Assembly: GCA_030590165.1 (NCBI GenBank) | Contig: JAUUZA010000002.1 | Coordinates: forward strand, 1 to 55,466 | Direction: 5' to 3' | From: Candidatus Altiarchaeota archaeon | GTDB taxonomy: Archaea > SpSt-1190 | Length of the DNA: 55,466 nucleotides | Part shown: piece by piece, positions 1-8,693 of the stretch | Position numbering within the stretch: position 1 is the first letter of the stretch | How the letters are laid out: every line of letters begins with the position of its first letter | The notes under the pieces: generated by a model | Database searches by the model: none | What the model was told of the DNA's origin: nothing | What the model saw: the letters and a program-made list of their open reading frames with translations, nothing else | Made by a program: the position numbers and the translations under genes

Positions 1-27
1 ATAATAATTATTGGAATATTTAGTTTA

Positions 28-288
28 GTGAGAAAAAAATTATTATTCTTTTTATTGTTTTTTTCTGTTTTTGCATCTCAATTAAATCCTTTAGCTGGGG
101 GAACCCCTTCTAAATTAAGTTTTTATGAAGGCAAATATATTGTTTCTGCTGGGGATTTATTATATTTATTTGATGAAAGTGGAACTCTTGAAAAGTATAT
201 TACTCTTGAGGGTGTTTCTGATTTTGAAATTTCTGAAAATGTTTTGCTTTCTGGATTGATTTTATTTAATCGTCGTGATATTTCTTAA
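28..288 (+). CDS. hypothetical secreted or membrane-anchored protein
   Basis: 86-aa ORF with a GTG start and a signal-like N-terminus MRKKLLFFLLFFSVFASQ. No family motif recognised. Confidence 0.3.
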   Translation: MRKKLLFFLLFFSVFASQLNPLAGGTPSKLSFYEGKYIVSAGDLLYLFDESGTLEKYITLEGVSDFEISENVLLSGLILFNRRDIS

Positions 289-372
289 GAATTATTGATG
301 AAACAATAAGAAAGGATTAAAAAACAAAAGGATAAAAACACAAAGCACGGAGAATTAGAATTAGGTGATGAT

Positions 373-699
373 ATGGTTGCAAAAAAAATAAAAACTAAAA
401 CAGCTAGAACAAGGAAGACAACTGTGAAAAAGACGAGAACGGCAAAAAGGATTGTAAAAACAAAAGCAAAAAGAGTAATAAAAACAACAAAGAAATCTCA
501 GACTAAGAGACTTTATCGATCAGGGAATAAGAAACTTCTTGGGGGGGTTTGTGGTGGAGTTGCTGAATATTTTGATGTAGACCCAACGTTAATTCGTTTA
601 CCTTGGGCTTTAGCTTCATTTTTATGGGGTATTGGTATACTTTTGTATGTTGTTGCGTGGATTATTGTTCCAAAAAATCCAGAACATAAATGGGATTAA
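373..699 (+). CDS. PspC-domain membrane protein with lysine-rich N-terminal tail
   Basis: PspC signature LYRSGNKKLLGGVCGGVAEYFDVDPTLIRLPWAL followed by a TM helix GIGILLYVVAWIIVP. The first ~45 aa are K/R/T-rich. AGGTGAT SD-like motif at 363-369. Confidence 0.65.
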   Translation: MVAKKIKTKTARTRKTTVKKTRTAKRIVKTKAKRVIKTTKKSQTKRLYRSGNKKLLGGVCGGVAEYFDVDPTLIRLPWALASFLWGIGILLYVVAWIIVPKNPEHKWD

Positions 700-738
700 A
701 AATCCCTTTCTTTTTTAAATTTCAGCAACTATTAAGTA

Positions 739-1188
739 TTGATGTCATTGGACTTCAAAAAAGTAAAAGAAGCTATTGAACTTTTTGGTTGGTATCCATT
801 TGGTGAAAAACAATGGGTTTGTCCGGGGCCAAATGATAATTATTTAGATGAGTATTATAAAACTAATAAGTTACCTAGTCCCTGTGATAAATGCTTTAAA
901 TCTATAATTTTTTGGGAGTCAGATTTTTCTGAGGAAAATTTGATAAAGATTTTTAAATTGATTGATTCTTGTGTGAAAGAATGTAGGGGAAAATTAAATG
1001 AAACGGCAACAGTTTTTTACTTTAGAGAAAAACAAGAAATGCTCAAATTTCTGGGCGATTTAAAAGAAAAAATGAATGAATTTGATTTAGATGGTAGAAT
1101 TAGTTGGAGGCGCGCTTGTAAGGCGTATAGAGACAGAAAACCAGAGCTTTGGATAGATGGAAAAACGTTTATTCCAGATACAGTCTAG
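739..1188 (+). CDS. hypothetical protein (Cys-containing)
   Basis: 149-aa ORF with scattered Cys (WVCPGP, SPCDKC, SCVKEC). No family recognised. Confidence 0.3.
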   Translation: MMSLDFKKVKEAIELFGWYPFGEKQWVCPGPNDNYLDEYYKTNKLPSPCDKCFKSIIFWESDFSEENLIKIFKLIDSCVKECRGKLNETATVFYFREKQEMLKFLGDLKEKMNEFDLDGRISWRRACKAYRDRKPELWIDGKTFIPDTV

Positions 1189-1228
1189 AAAATATTGACT
1201 TTTTAGTTAATGGTAAGTTTTAAAATGG

Positions 1229-1414
1229 ATGTTGAACTGGTTTAAAATGGTCGACGACGAAAATTATGGTGACGAAGACGACGAAGATTGGGAACAAAAA
1301 AGTTTTTTAGAAGGAATGGAAGACGCTGAGGAAGAGTCCGAAAGCAAGGAAAAAGACCCATTTACTAAACATCTTGAGGACTCTGAAGAAGAATTAGAAG
1401 ACTTTTCTAAGTAA
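1229..1414 (+). CDS. hypothetical highly acidic small protein
   Basis: 61-aa ORF dominated by D/E (DDENYGDEDDEDWE, EEESESKEKD, EDSEEELEDF). Coding status uncertain. Confidence 0.2.
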   Translation: MLNWFKMVDDENYGDEDDEDWEQKSFLEGMEDAEEESESKEKDPFTKHLEDSEEELEDFSK

Positions 1415-1453
1415 TGAGCTATCCATATAAATTCTTATTTTATTTTTATTTAA

Positions 1454-1514
1454 ACCGATGATGACAGTGGCTTGACTCTGATTGTGTGATGACAAGGAGG
1501 TGATCACTGAGGTC
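1454..1514 (+). ncRNA. box C/D sRNA (2'-O-methylation guide)
   Basis: C box AUGAUGA 1458-1464, 13 nt, D' CUGA 1478-1481, 4 nt, C' GUGAUGA 1486-1492, 14 nt, D CUGA 1507-1510. Short terminal pairing ACC/GGU. Lies between convergent genes in a gap with no ORF. Confidence 0.65.
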
Positions 1515-4500
1515 TTATTTTTCTTTCTTTGTTCCAATCCAGCTTTCTGCTTCTTTCAGAACTTTTTCTTTTGGAAGGCTGATTAATTTACTTCTACCTT
1601 TATGCATATAAACACCTATAATTTGGTCAGATTCGCGAACTACAACATCATTATGAGTTATTATTATGATTTGTGTCGTTTTACTCATTCTCTTTAACAT
1701 TAAAACAAATTTTTCACTATTGGTTTTATCTAAGGCAGCTTCAACTTCATCAAAGATATAGAAAGGAGAGGGTTTTACTTCTTGAATTGCGAAAATAAAA
1801 GCAATTGCAGCAAGAGTTTTTTGACCCCCTGAAAGAGATTCTGATGGAAGTTTTCTTCCTTGTATGAAGGTAATTATGTGGACTCCAGATTCAAAGGGGT
1901 CGTCTCCATCAATTTCAAGATTGCTTTCACCATCAATTATTTCAGAAAAGATTTTTGAGAAATTTTTATTTATTTTATTGAAAGTTTCCATGAATACTTT
2001 AGTTTTTTGTGAATCAATTTCATTCATTAATTTAAGAATTGCATCTTTTTCTTGTCTCAATTTGTTTAATTTATCGCTTATGTCTTTTACTAAATTATTA
2101 ATGTTTTCAAAATCATTTGATGCCCTGAAATTTAAATCACCTAACTTTTCCAGTTCATGAATAACTTCTTGAAGTATCTCTTTTGGATTTTCTATTATTT
2201 CAAGTTCTTTCTGGTTTGATTGTTTGATTGAATTTAATTCTATTTTAATGTTTTTTATGCGTTCATCTAAGATTGTTCTCTCGGCTTTTGATTGAAATAT
2301 TTGAGAATTTGATGTTTGGATGAAAGTCTCAACTTCAGTTTTTTTTACTAAATCATTTTTTAAAAGACGGTCTAATTCGCCAACTTTTTGCTGATAAGAT
2401 TTTATTTTTATCTTAATTTTATTATCATTTCCTTCATCTGATTTCATTAATTTTCTTTTTGTGTTTATTTCTTCAAGTAAAGTTTTTCTAAGCTTTTCAT
2501 AATTTAAAAGTTCGGGTTCTAAAAGATTTTTCAAAATATCTTCATTAGATTTTATTTCAGAATTGAGTCTAAGAGTTTCGGTTTCAAGAGAAAATACTTT
2601 TGAAGAAATTTCCTCAAGTCGTTTTTCTTCTAGAATTTTAGGTTCTTTAATTTCGCCAAGTTTTAGAATTCTTGTGTTTAGGATTTCTATTTTTTCATTA
2701 AGTTTTTTAAAATCTTCATTCCGTTCAATTATTTCATTTTTTATCTTTTTTAAGGAATCTTGAAGTGAGGCAATTTGATATGAATCAAATTTTTGATTAA
2801 GTCTTGCTTCAATTCGAAACTTTTCATTTTTTTGTTTTTCAATTTGTTGTTCTATTTTTTTAATTGAAGTTTTTAGTATTTGTAATTTTGAATTTCGTTC
2901 ACTCTCGTTAGTAAATTCATAGGAAGTTATTGTTCCAAGTGATTGTCCTATTTTTGAAATTTTTTTCAATTCACTTAGATTGAAATCATCAGGGAGTATA
3001 AAAGCCCAACCCTCATTTAAATCAGTTTTAATAGTCTCGAGTTTGTTTTTTGATGCAATTATGCTGAAAGCAAAAGGCATAATTTCTTTAGGGTTGTCAA
3101 CAAGCTCACCAAGTAATTTAAATCCTTTGTTTTTTAATTTTCTGACCCCTGCTGGTAAACTTGACGAGTAAATAATTTCCTGTTCTTGTTTTCGTAAAGT
3201 TTTAAATTTGATTGAAGTTGTTTTCAAATTTGAGTCAATCTCTTTTAATTTCGTTTCCCTTTCTTTTTGGTCTTTTAGAAATTTCTTTTTTTCAGTTTCA
3301 AGAGAAAGTTTACGTTTTTCTTGTTCTTCTTTTTTCTTTTTTAATTCAAAATTAATTTGTTCGCTTGCGTTTTTTTCTAAAGAAAGTTCTTTTAGTTGAA
3401 GAATTAATTTTTCTTTTCTTGTTTTAAGTTTAAGATATTCTTCTTGTTTTCGTTCATAATCTTGTTTAGCTTTTGAAACTAAGGTAGTTAATTTATCTCT
3501 GTATTTTTTATATTCCTGAATTTTTTTACTAATTGAAATCCGTCTATTTCCCTTGTCAATCAATTCTTGTTTGACTTCTTTTTTTCTTCGTGACATTCCC
3601 TCAATTTGTGATTCAATTGAAGATAGTCGATTTTGAGTAGTTTCAATTTCTTTAAAATTCCTCGTTTTTTCTTCTTCAATTCTTTTTAGATTAAAATTAA
3701 GACTTTCAAGTTTTGTTATTATTTCAACTTTTTGTTTTAGTCCACGTTTTTCCATTAAAGCATTAATTTCTGTTAAATCCTTGGTTTTATTGAGAATTGT
3801 GCCTTCTAACTCTTTAATTTTTTCTCCTTTTTTTTCTTTTTCTTCTTGAAAAGTTTGAGAGGTAATATTCAATTTTTCAATACGTTTAAGAAGTAAACTA
3901 TATCGCGCTCTTTCTTCGAGTGATTTGAGGTGATAAAATTGTTCAACTTTCTTTTTTTCTTCTTTTAATCTCGTAAAAACACGCATTCGTTCTCCATGAA
4001 CTGCTTCAACTTTTTGAATTTTTGTTTCAACATTTTCTAAATCAGTTAACGCACGATGTTTCTTTTTTTCATAAAGTTCAATGCCGGCTATAACTTCGAT
4101 TAGTGAACGACGCTCTCGAGGATTCATATTTATAAAACGAGTAATGTCTCCTTGTCTTACAATATTGTGACTGTCTGGGAAAATATTAATTGATTCAAGG
4201 GTGTCAATAATATTAAGTCTCGTTGAACGTTTTTCATTTAGTCTATATATGCTTGTACCATCTGTAGAAAGTTGTCTCCCTAATTTAAGGTTTCCTGTTT
4301 CAGAAATATTAGTTGGAACTTTTATTTTAAGGGTTATTTCAGCATTAGTTGATTTTTTTGTTTTACCTAGGTGGAGTAAATTTCCTGCACTTTTTGCTCT
4401 TAATGATGAGAAACTTAAACTGCCCATTACAAAACTTATGGAATCGAGAACATTACTTTTTCCTGAACCATTAGGTCCAACGATTGCTGTTATTCCTGGT

Positions 4501-4580
4501 GAAAAGAGTAAGGAAGTAAGTTTTGAAAAAGATTTAAAACCTTTTACAGACAATTTTTCAAGTTTTGAAGGATTAACCAT
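1515..4580 (-). CDS. smc: SMC chromosome segregation ATPase
   Basis: Walker A GPNGSGKSN, signature LSGGQKTLAAIAFIFA, Walker B FYIFDEVEAALD, long K/E-rich coiled coils. The central hinge region (GFKLLGELVDNP...GWAFILP) looks short. Confidence 0.9.
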   Translation of the reverse strand: MVNPSKLEKLSVKGFKSFSKLTSLLFSPGITAIVGPNGSGKSNVLDSISFVMGSLSFSSLRAKSAGNLLHLGKTKKSTNAEITLKIKVPTNISETGNLKLGRQLSTDGTSIYRLNEKRSTRLNIIDTLESINIFPDSHNIVRQGDITRFINMNPRERRSLIEVIAGIELYEKKKHRALTDLENVETKIQKVEAVHGERMRVFTRLKEEKKKVEQFYHLKSLEERARYSLLLKRIEKLNITSQTFQEEKEKKGEKIKELEGTILNKTKDLTEINALMEKRGLKQKVEIITKLESLNFNLKRIEEEKTRNFKEIETTQNRLSSIESQIEGMSRRKKEVKQELIDKGNRRISISKKIQEYKKYRDKLTTLVSKAKQDYERKQEEYLKLKTRKEKLILQLKELSLEKNASEQINFELKKKKEEQEKRKLSLETEKKKFLKDQKERETKLKEIDSNLKTTSIKFKTLRKQEQEIIYSSSLPAGVRKLKNKGFKLLGELVDNPKEIMPFAFSIIASKNKLETIKTDLNEGWAFILPDDFNLSELKKISKIGQSLGTITSYEFTNESERNSKLQILKTSIKKIEQQIEKQKNEKFRIEARLNQKFDSYQIASLQDSLKKIKNEIIERNEDFKKLNEKIEILNTRILKLGEIKEPKILEEKRLEEISSKVFSLETETLRLNSEIKSNEDILKNLLEPELLNYEKLRKTLLEEINTKRKLMKSDEGNDNKIKIKIKSYQQKVGELDRLLKNDLVKKTEVETFIQTSNSQIFQSKAERTILDERIKNIKIELNSIKQSNQKELEIIENPKEILQEVIHELEKLGDLNFRASNDFENINNLVKDISDKLNKLRQEKDAILKLMNEIDSQKTKVFMETFNKINKNFSKIFSEIIDGESNLEIDGDDPFESGVHIITFIQGRKLPSESLSGGQKTLAAIAFIFAIQEVKPSPFYIFDEVEAALDKTNSEKFVLMLKRMSKTTQIIIITHNDVVVRESDQIIGVYMHKGRSKLISLPKEKVLKEAESWIGTKKEK

Positions 4581-4590
4581 TTTGTTCCCT

Positions 4591-4830
4591 TTATTTTATT
4601 TCAATTATTTTTTCAAGATTTTTCATCAATTTTTCAACTGCATTTTCAAATTTTTTTTCATTTTTTTCCACTTTTCCTTCGAAAACAGTTCTAGCTTTTT
4701 TTTGAATTATTTCTGCAAACACTTTTTTTTTGTTAAACATTAAACTCAGAGTAAATTCTGGAAATCTGAGAATAAATGATTTGTTTGGGCTAATTTCAAG
4801 TTTTGCAGTTGAGAATACAATTTCCTTCAT
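4591..4830 (-). CDS. hypothetical protein upstream of smc
   Basis: 79-aa ORF on the same strand, ending 10 nt before the smc start. No motif recognised. Confidence 0.3.
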   Translation of the reverse strand: MKEIVFSTAKLEISPNKSFILRFPEFTLSLMFNKKKVFAEIIQKKARTVFEGKVEKNEKKFENAVEKLMKNLEKIIEIK

Positions 4831-4833
4831 AGT

Positions 4834-5157
4834 TTATTGCATATAAGGAAATATTAATTCTTTTACAGTTAAAATATCGTTTTTTTGGCATATTATTAGT
4901 CGTTTTATATTGTAATTCCCTTTCTTGGGGGAAGTTGAAACATTTAGAAGATGGTCCAAAGAACGGTTGAGAAGTAAGAGATTTGACGTTTCTATTGTTT
5001 TACTTGAATGGGAAAAAAGATAGTCTAAAGTATTTATTTCTGAAATTAGTTGTTTAGTTGAAAAGGAGAAAAATGAAAGAAGAAGGAGTGCCAAAAAGGG
5101 ATAAAATAATAATTCAAATATTTGTCCACGCATTTTACCACCGAGAATAAGTTTCAT
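4834..5157 (-). CDS. type IV pilin-like protein (class III signal peptide)
   Basis: N-terminus ...KMRGQIFELLFYPFLALLLLSFF: basic residue, Gly, then a hydrophobic helix with an early Glu. Overlaps the upstream pilin-like ORF. Confidence 0.4.
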   Translation of the reverse strand: MKLILGGKMRGQIFELLFYPFLALLLLSFFSFSTKQLISEINTLDYLFSHSSKTIETSNLLLLNRSLDHLLNVSTSPKKGNYNIKRLIICQKNDILTVKELIFPYMQ

Positions 5158-5440
5158 AATTATATCGTCCTGAAAAAATCTTTTTATGGAGTCCTGCTAA
5201 TGAAGGGTCAAATTCAATTTCATTGATTTCAAATGGTTCTCCATAAGTTATCATTTGATTGACGAGTGAATTAGCTTTTCTTTTCATTAAAGATTTGTTG
5301 AATTCTTCTAATTTTTCTTGTGCAATAAAATTCATTTCATTAAATGAAGTGTAAAGCCAAGAGAATAATGAAAGTAAGAGTCCAACTGCAATAAGAAATT
5401 CAACAGATTTCAATTTTAACACCTCTTGAAGTTTTTTCAA
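5135..5440 (-). CDS. type IV pilin-like protein (weaker signal)
   Basis: N-terminus MKKLQEVLKLKSVEFLIAVGLLLSLF. Sits between two pilin-like ORFs and overlaps both. Confidence 0.3.
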   Translation of the reverse strand: MKKLQEVLKLKSVEFLIAVGLLLSLFSWLYTSFNEMNFIAQEKLEEFNKSLMKRKANSLVNQMITYGEPFEINEIEFDPSLAGLHKKIFSGRYNYETYSRW

Positions 5441-5774
5441 ATGATAAACATGTTTGTTTACTGATGTTTAGATTAGTACAAGAAGTGAAAACATTAAGTG
5501 TTTTGGCTTCAGACGGGGTTGAAATTTTTGTTAAAGCATCACAGTAAAGTGTAAAAGTTCTACCTGGAAAAGGTTTAATTTCACTTTTTATGGTGCTTCC
5601 TTCGGGACGTTGATTGATAAAAGTAATTAATTGGGAAAGCTGATTTATTGTTTTTTGATCAACAGCATGGGTTAGTGAAGACTTTGCTGACGAAAATAAA
5701 ATGAAAACGGTCGATAAATATGTAATAAGAATAAAGGTTATTACTAAAAATTCTAAATTTAATTGTCCTTTCAA
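5400..5774 (-). CDS. type IV pilin-like protein (class III signal peptide)
   Basis: MKG/QLNLEFLVITFILITYLSTVFILF: a KG cleavage-type motif with Glu at +5, followed by a hydrophobic helix. Confidence 0.45.
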   Translation of the reverse strand: MKGQLNLEFLVITFILITYLSTVFILFSSAKSSLTHAVDQKTINQLSQLITFINQRPEGSTIKSEIKPFPGRTFTLYCDALTKISTPSEAKTLNVFTSCTNLNISKQTCLSFEKTSRGVKIEIC

Positions 5775-6475
5775 TCAAGCCCTCTCAAATTCTCAATTAG
5801 TTTTTCAACAGTTTCTACATGCGAAAGTACTAGGGGAATTCTTTCTCTTTTAGCTAGTTCTATACCCAGTTTATCGGGTTCTTTTATTGGTCCGTGAAGT
5901 ACAACCATTGAAGGTTTTAAACTTGTGAGTTTTATTGCAAGCATTGGACTGCGTCCATGCTTCACACCGGTGAATATTAATGCACGTTGTGTTGTTGCAC
6001 CATATATCATAGAAAGTTCTAAGGGGCTTAGTTCCATGATTGCTTTTATGCTGTCGATTACAGTATATCCATAAACATTATTGTTGAGATTGGTTTCTCC
6101 AACTAAGAATTCACCGTGAACTGCTTTGAAAAGGTTTTTAATTTTTCTTGGTTCGGGAAATTCTTTTATTGCTAAGATTGCTTCAAAAAATTTACTCCCT
6201 CCTATGAGTTTATCGTATTCTTGTAAAATTTTTCCACCTTTTTCTTCATCAATTTTAATTAAAGCTCTAACAATTCTTGAAACTAATTTTACTCCGGGTG
6301 ATTTACGTCTTCCTGATTCATAATCCGAAATGACTGAAGAACTTACCTTAAGTTTTCTTGAAAGTGTTTTTTGAGAAATTTCAAATATTTCACGCCACTT
6401 TCTCATTACAACGCCGGGTGCTTCGGCAAGAACAATTTCACCTGCAAGCTGAAGGGCAACTTTCTCGAAGCTCAC
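5771..6475 (-). CDS. XRE-family HTH transcriptional regulator (archaeal COG1395-like)
   Basis: HTH segment ISQKTLSRKLKVSSSVISDYESGRRKSPG plus a ~150-aa C-terminal domain. 4-nt overlap with the downstream pilin-like gene. Confidence 0.6.
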   Translation of the reverse strand: MSFEKVALQLAGEIVLAEAPGVVMRKWREIFEISQKTLSRKLKVSSSVISDYESGRRKSPGVKLVSRIVRALIKIDEEKGGKILQEYDKLIGGSKFFEAILAIKEFPEPRKIKNLFKAVHGEFLVGETNLNNNVYGYTVIDSIKAIMELSPLELSMIYGATTQRALIFTGVKHGRSPMLAIKLTSLKPSMVVLHGPIKEPDKLGIELAKRERIPLVLSHVETVEKLIENLRGLD

Positions 6476-6549
6476 ATCGATTATTGTCGTAAGTGTTTAA
6501 AACAATTTGCCGGGCAAAAGTCTAAATAAGAATTAGGGGTAATGATGAT

Positions 6550-6966
6550 GTGAAAGATGTTCTTGTTAAAGATATAATGTCGTTTCCTCTTATTTCGTTG
6601 GATTTACATGCGAGTATTCAATCAGTGACAGAGTTAATGATATTGAAAGATATTGGAGGGATTTTAATTTCTAGTGAAGAAAAGTATGTTGGGATAATTA
6701 CTAAACAAAACATAGTTCAAATTGTTTCAACAGGAAAAGAGATTAAAACACTTCAAGCTAAAGATATTATGACATCCCCTCTGAAAATGGTTGATGCATC
6801 AAAGACAGTTTTTGAAGCTGCCAAAAAATTGATTTTAGAAGATGTACGACGAATTATTGTTTCGAAAGAAGGTAAACCTGTTGGAATGGTGTCTGAAAGA
6901 GACATAGTTAAGGTTGCACCAGGTATTTTCGAACTTTTAATTGAAGAAATGAGAATTAAAAGGTAA
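6550..6966 (+). CDS. CBS domain pair protein
   Basis: Two CBS repeats (VKDIMSFPLISLD...GILISSE and AKDIMTSPLKMVD...RIIVSKEGKPVGMVSERDIV). GTG start. Confidence 0.8.
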   Translation: MKDVLVKDIMSFPLISLDLHASIQSVTELMILKDIGGILISSEEKYVGIITKQNIVQIVSTGKEIKTLQAKDIMTSPLKMVDASKTVFEAAKKLILEDVRRIIVSKEGKPVGMVSERDIVKVAPGIFELLIEEMRIKR

Positions 6967-6971
6967 GGAAA

Positions 6972-7487
6972 ATGAGTAAAAGATATTGGGCGTTTAGGGA
7001 TATGCATTTTAATTTTGAAGGTTTTTATATCCCTGATATCTATAAGGCACTCTGGAATTTTGTTAGTGATAGGGGGCATGGGATTAATGAGTGGAAATAT
7101 GCTCATAATTTGAGTGCAGATGCAAAAGGTCAGGGTTGTGTTGGGGTGTGGTTGGCAACTAATGAAATTGAAAGAAAGTATGCATTAGGCGGTCACATAA
7201 TTCGTTGGAAATTTGTATGGAGTCCAACTCCAAAACCAGGATCTAGTGGTGAAAATCCTCCAATGGTTCCAAAAGGAAGGGCAGATGTTTGGATACATGG
7301 TTTTATTGTTACTGATTATCTTAATGCGTGGGGGAATAGTTTATTACTTCGTCCATTATTTGCACTTAGGGATAGATATTTTTATCGTAAAAAACGCTTA
7401 ATTCTTTTAGATAAAATGCGACAAGAAGCTGAAGAAATTTTTAAAGATCTTCAAGAATTTGTTAGTTTCTTGCCCACAATTAAATAA
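6972..7487 (+). CDS. hypothetical protein
   Basis: 171-aa ORF, Trp/aromatic-rich. No family recognised. Confidence 0.35.
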   Translation: MSKRYWAFRDMHFNFEGFYIPDIYKALWNFVSDRGHGINEWKYAHNLSADAKGQGCVGVWLATNEIERKYALGGHIIRWKFVWSPTPKPGSSGENPPMVPKGRADVWIHGFIVTDYLNAWGNSLLLRPLFALRDRYFYRKKRLILLDKMRQEAEEIFKDLQEFVSFLPTIK

Positions 7488-7585
7488 AAACTCAGGAGAA
7501 GTCTTTTTTTTAATAACGCTTAACGCTAATTACTCTATTTTGGAAACAATTAAAAACCCGTTCATTATGTATTAAGGGGATAAAA

Positions 7586-7786
7586 ATGGAATTACCATTA
7601 GCACCGATGAAAAGATTGGTCAAAGGGGCGGGGGCAGCAAGAGTTTCTGAGGATGCAGCAGATGCATTAAGGGAAGTCTTGGAAGATTTTGCCAATGAGA
7701 TTGCATCAAAGGCTGTTCAGCTTGCAAGACACGCCGGAAGAAAGACCGTAACGAAGGAAGATATTAAACTCGCTTACCGTGGGTAA
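7586..7786 (+). CDS. archaeal histone (HMf family)
   Basis: 66 aa. [62 protein letters not shown] is a full histone fold. Confidence 0.9.
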   Translation: MELPLAPMKRLVKGAGAARVSEDAADALREVLEDFANEIASKAVQLARHAGRKTVTKEDIKLAYRG

Positions 7787-7804
7787 TTCCTTCATTTTTG
7801 TGTT

Positions 7805-7827
7805 CCAGCTTTGCTGGATATTTTTTT
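7805..7827 (+). terminator. hairpin plus T-run downstream of histone gene
   Basis: CCAGC-TTT-GCTGG (7805-7817) followed by ATATTTTTTT. Confidence 0.35.
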
Positions 7828-7875
7828 ATTTTAGTAGTATCATACGTTTTTTAATTATGGAGTGCTAAATTTTTC

Positions 7876-8661
7876 GTGGATGTGGCAATACTTGGGATGG
7901 GATTACCTTCTGTTTATGTAGCGTCAAGACTTGCTGAAAAGGGAATTTCAGTTGGACTTTTTGGAAAACTTCCTCCTTTGATTCCCGAACCAGTAAAAAA
8001 TTCAACCATTAAAGATTTTAAGTTGTTTGAGGCTGTTTTGAATAAATTGAAGACTATTGCACATTTCAGTAAAGATTTTGAATTGAAAGAAAGGAGGTTT
8101 AGTGGAGCTACAATTGATACTGAATTAATTTATTCAAATTACCTCAACAAAGCTATTGATAATGGGTGTGAACTTATTGAAGGTAGTTTTTTTGGAGTTA
8201 GTGATAAAATAAAGATATTTTGGAGGGGTAAAACAACTTTAATGAAAGCAGAAATTATTATTGAAGAAGAGCGTACAGGGAGACCAATTCAAGTAGCTTT
8301 GGCAAAGCGCGTTCCAATAAATGAAGACACAGTTGAAGTTTATGATTCGTCAGGAACTTGGGTTGTTCCTGCGAAAAATATGGCAGTAATTGGGGGAAAA
8401 ATGGACTTCACTTGGAATAAATTTGATTCGGCCGCAATTTTACGTTCTTTTGAATTAACTTATGTAAACTCTCCAGGGAGTTTAATTGAAAAAAATATTA
8501 AACTTGGAAGGGCTGGTGGGCAAACCACTTCTGAGGGATTTGTAATTAATTCTTTGTATGATGCTCGCGTTTTGGCAGACATTCTATTGAAAAAAGGAAA
8601 TTTGAAAGCTTATGATAAAATGTCTAAAAGGACGCATTTAAGATCGTTTTTGAGACCATAA
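7876..8661 (+). CDS. geranylgeranyl-reductase-like flavoprotein, short and degenerate
   Basis: N-terminal Rossmann-like DVAILGMGLPSVYVASRLAEKGISV (GxGxxG degraded to GMGLPS). C-terminal LGRAGGQTTSEGFVINSLYDARVLA resembles the GDAAG...GeGI motif region. Confidence 0.35.
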   Translation: MDVAILGMGLPSVYVASRLAEKGISVGLFGKLPPLIPEPVKNSTIKDFKLFEAVLNKLKTIAHFSKDFELKERRFSGATIDTELIYSNYLNKAIDNGCELIEGSFFGVSDKIKIFWRGKTTLMKAEIIIEEERTGRPIQVALAKRVPINEDTVEVYDSSGTWVVPAKNMAVIGGKMDFTWNKFDSAAILRSFELTYVNSPGSLIEKNIKLGRAGGQTTSEGFVINSLYDARVLADILLKKGNLKAYDKMSKRTHLRSFLRP

Positions 8662-8693
8662 GATATTTAAACTCAAAAGGAGTAACAGGTAAT

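Noticed and set aside
294-301. TTGATGA as a C box of another C/D sRNA
   Set aside because: No CUGA D or D' box occurs at any sensible distance in the 289-372 gap.
1229-1414. The extremely acidic 61-aa ORF as a DNA-mimic or anti-restriction-like protein next to smc
   Set aside because: This rests on composition only. There is no conserved motif and coding status is uncertain. It is kept as a low-confidence CDS.
1493-1506. AAGGAGGTGATC read as a strong Shine-Dalgarno site for a plus-strand gene
   Set aside because: No ATG/GTG/TTG follows within a plausible spacing, and the downstream sequence is the antisense of the smc 3' end. The motif sits exactly between a C' box and a D box, so the sRNA-guide interpretation fits better.
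1864-4743. Five plus-strand ORFs (1864-2160, 2563-2763, 2980-3171, 3208-3399, 4201-4743) inside smc
   Set aside because: They are antisense shadows of a K/E-rich coiled-coil gene, with the F/S/L-rich low-complexity translations typical of the reverse strand of AAR/GAR codons. The same reasoning applies to the other antisense track ORFs embedded in well-supported genes. Examples are 6126-6323, 6753-7106, 7213-7401, 7510-7695, 9443-9712, 11400-11582, 12886-13086, 13275-14453, 15301-16311, 16605-16817, 17373-17678, 18101-18322, 18930-19428, 19875-20063, 21450-22278, 22286-23339, 26947-27302, 28491-28691, 29172-29444, 29966-30187, 30456-30671, 31400-31618, 32807-33010, 33378-33707, 35305-35538, 38681-38893, 39932-40198, 41434-41622, 44108-44323, 44831-45013, 45492-45701, 48083-48280, 49129-49401 and 51971-52165.
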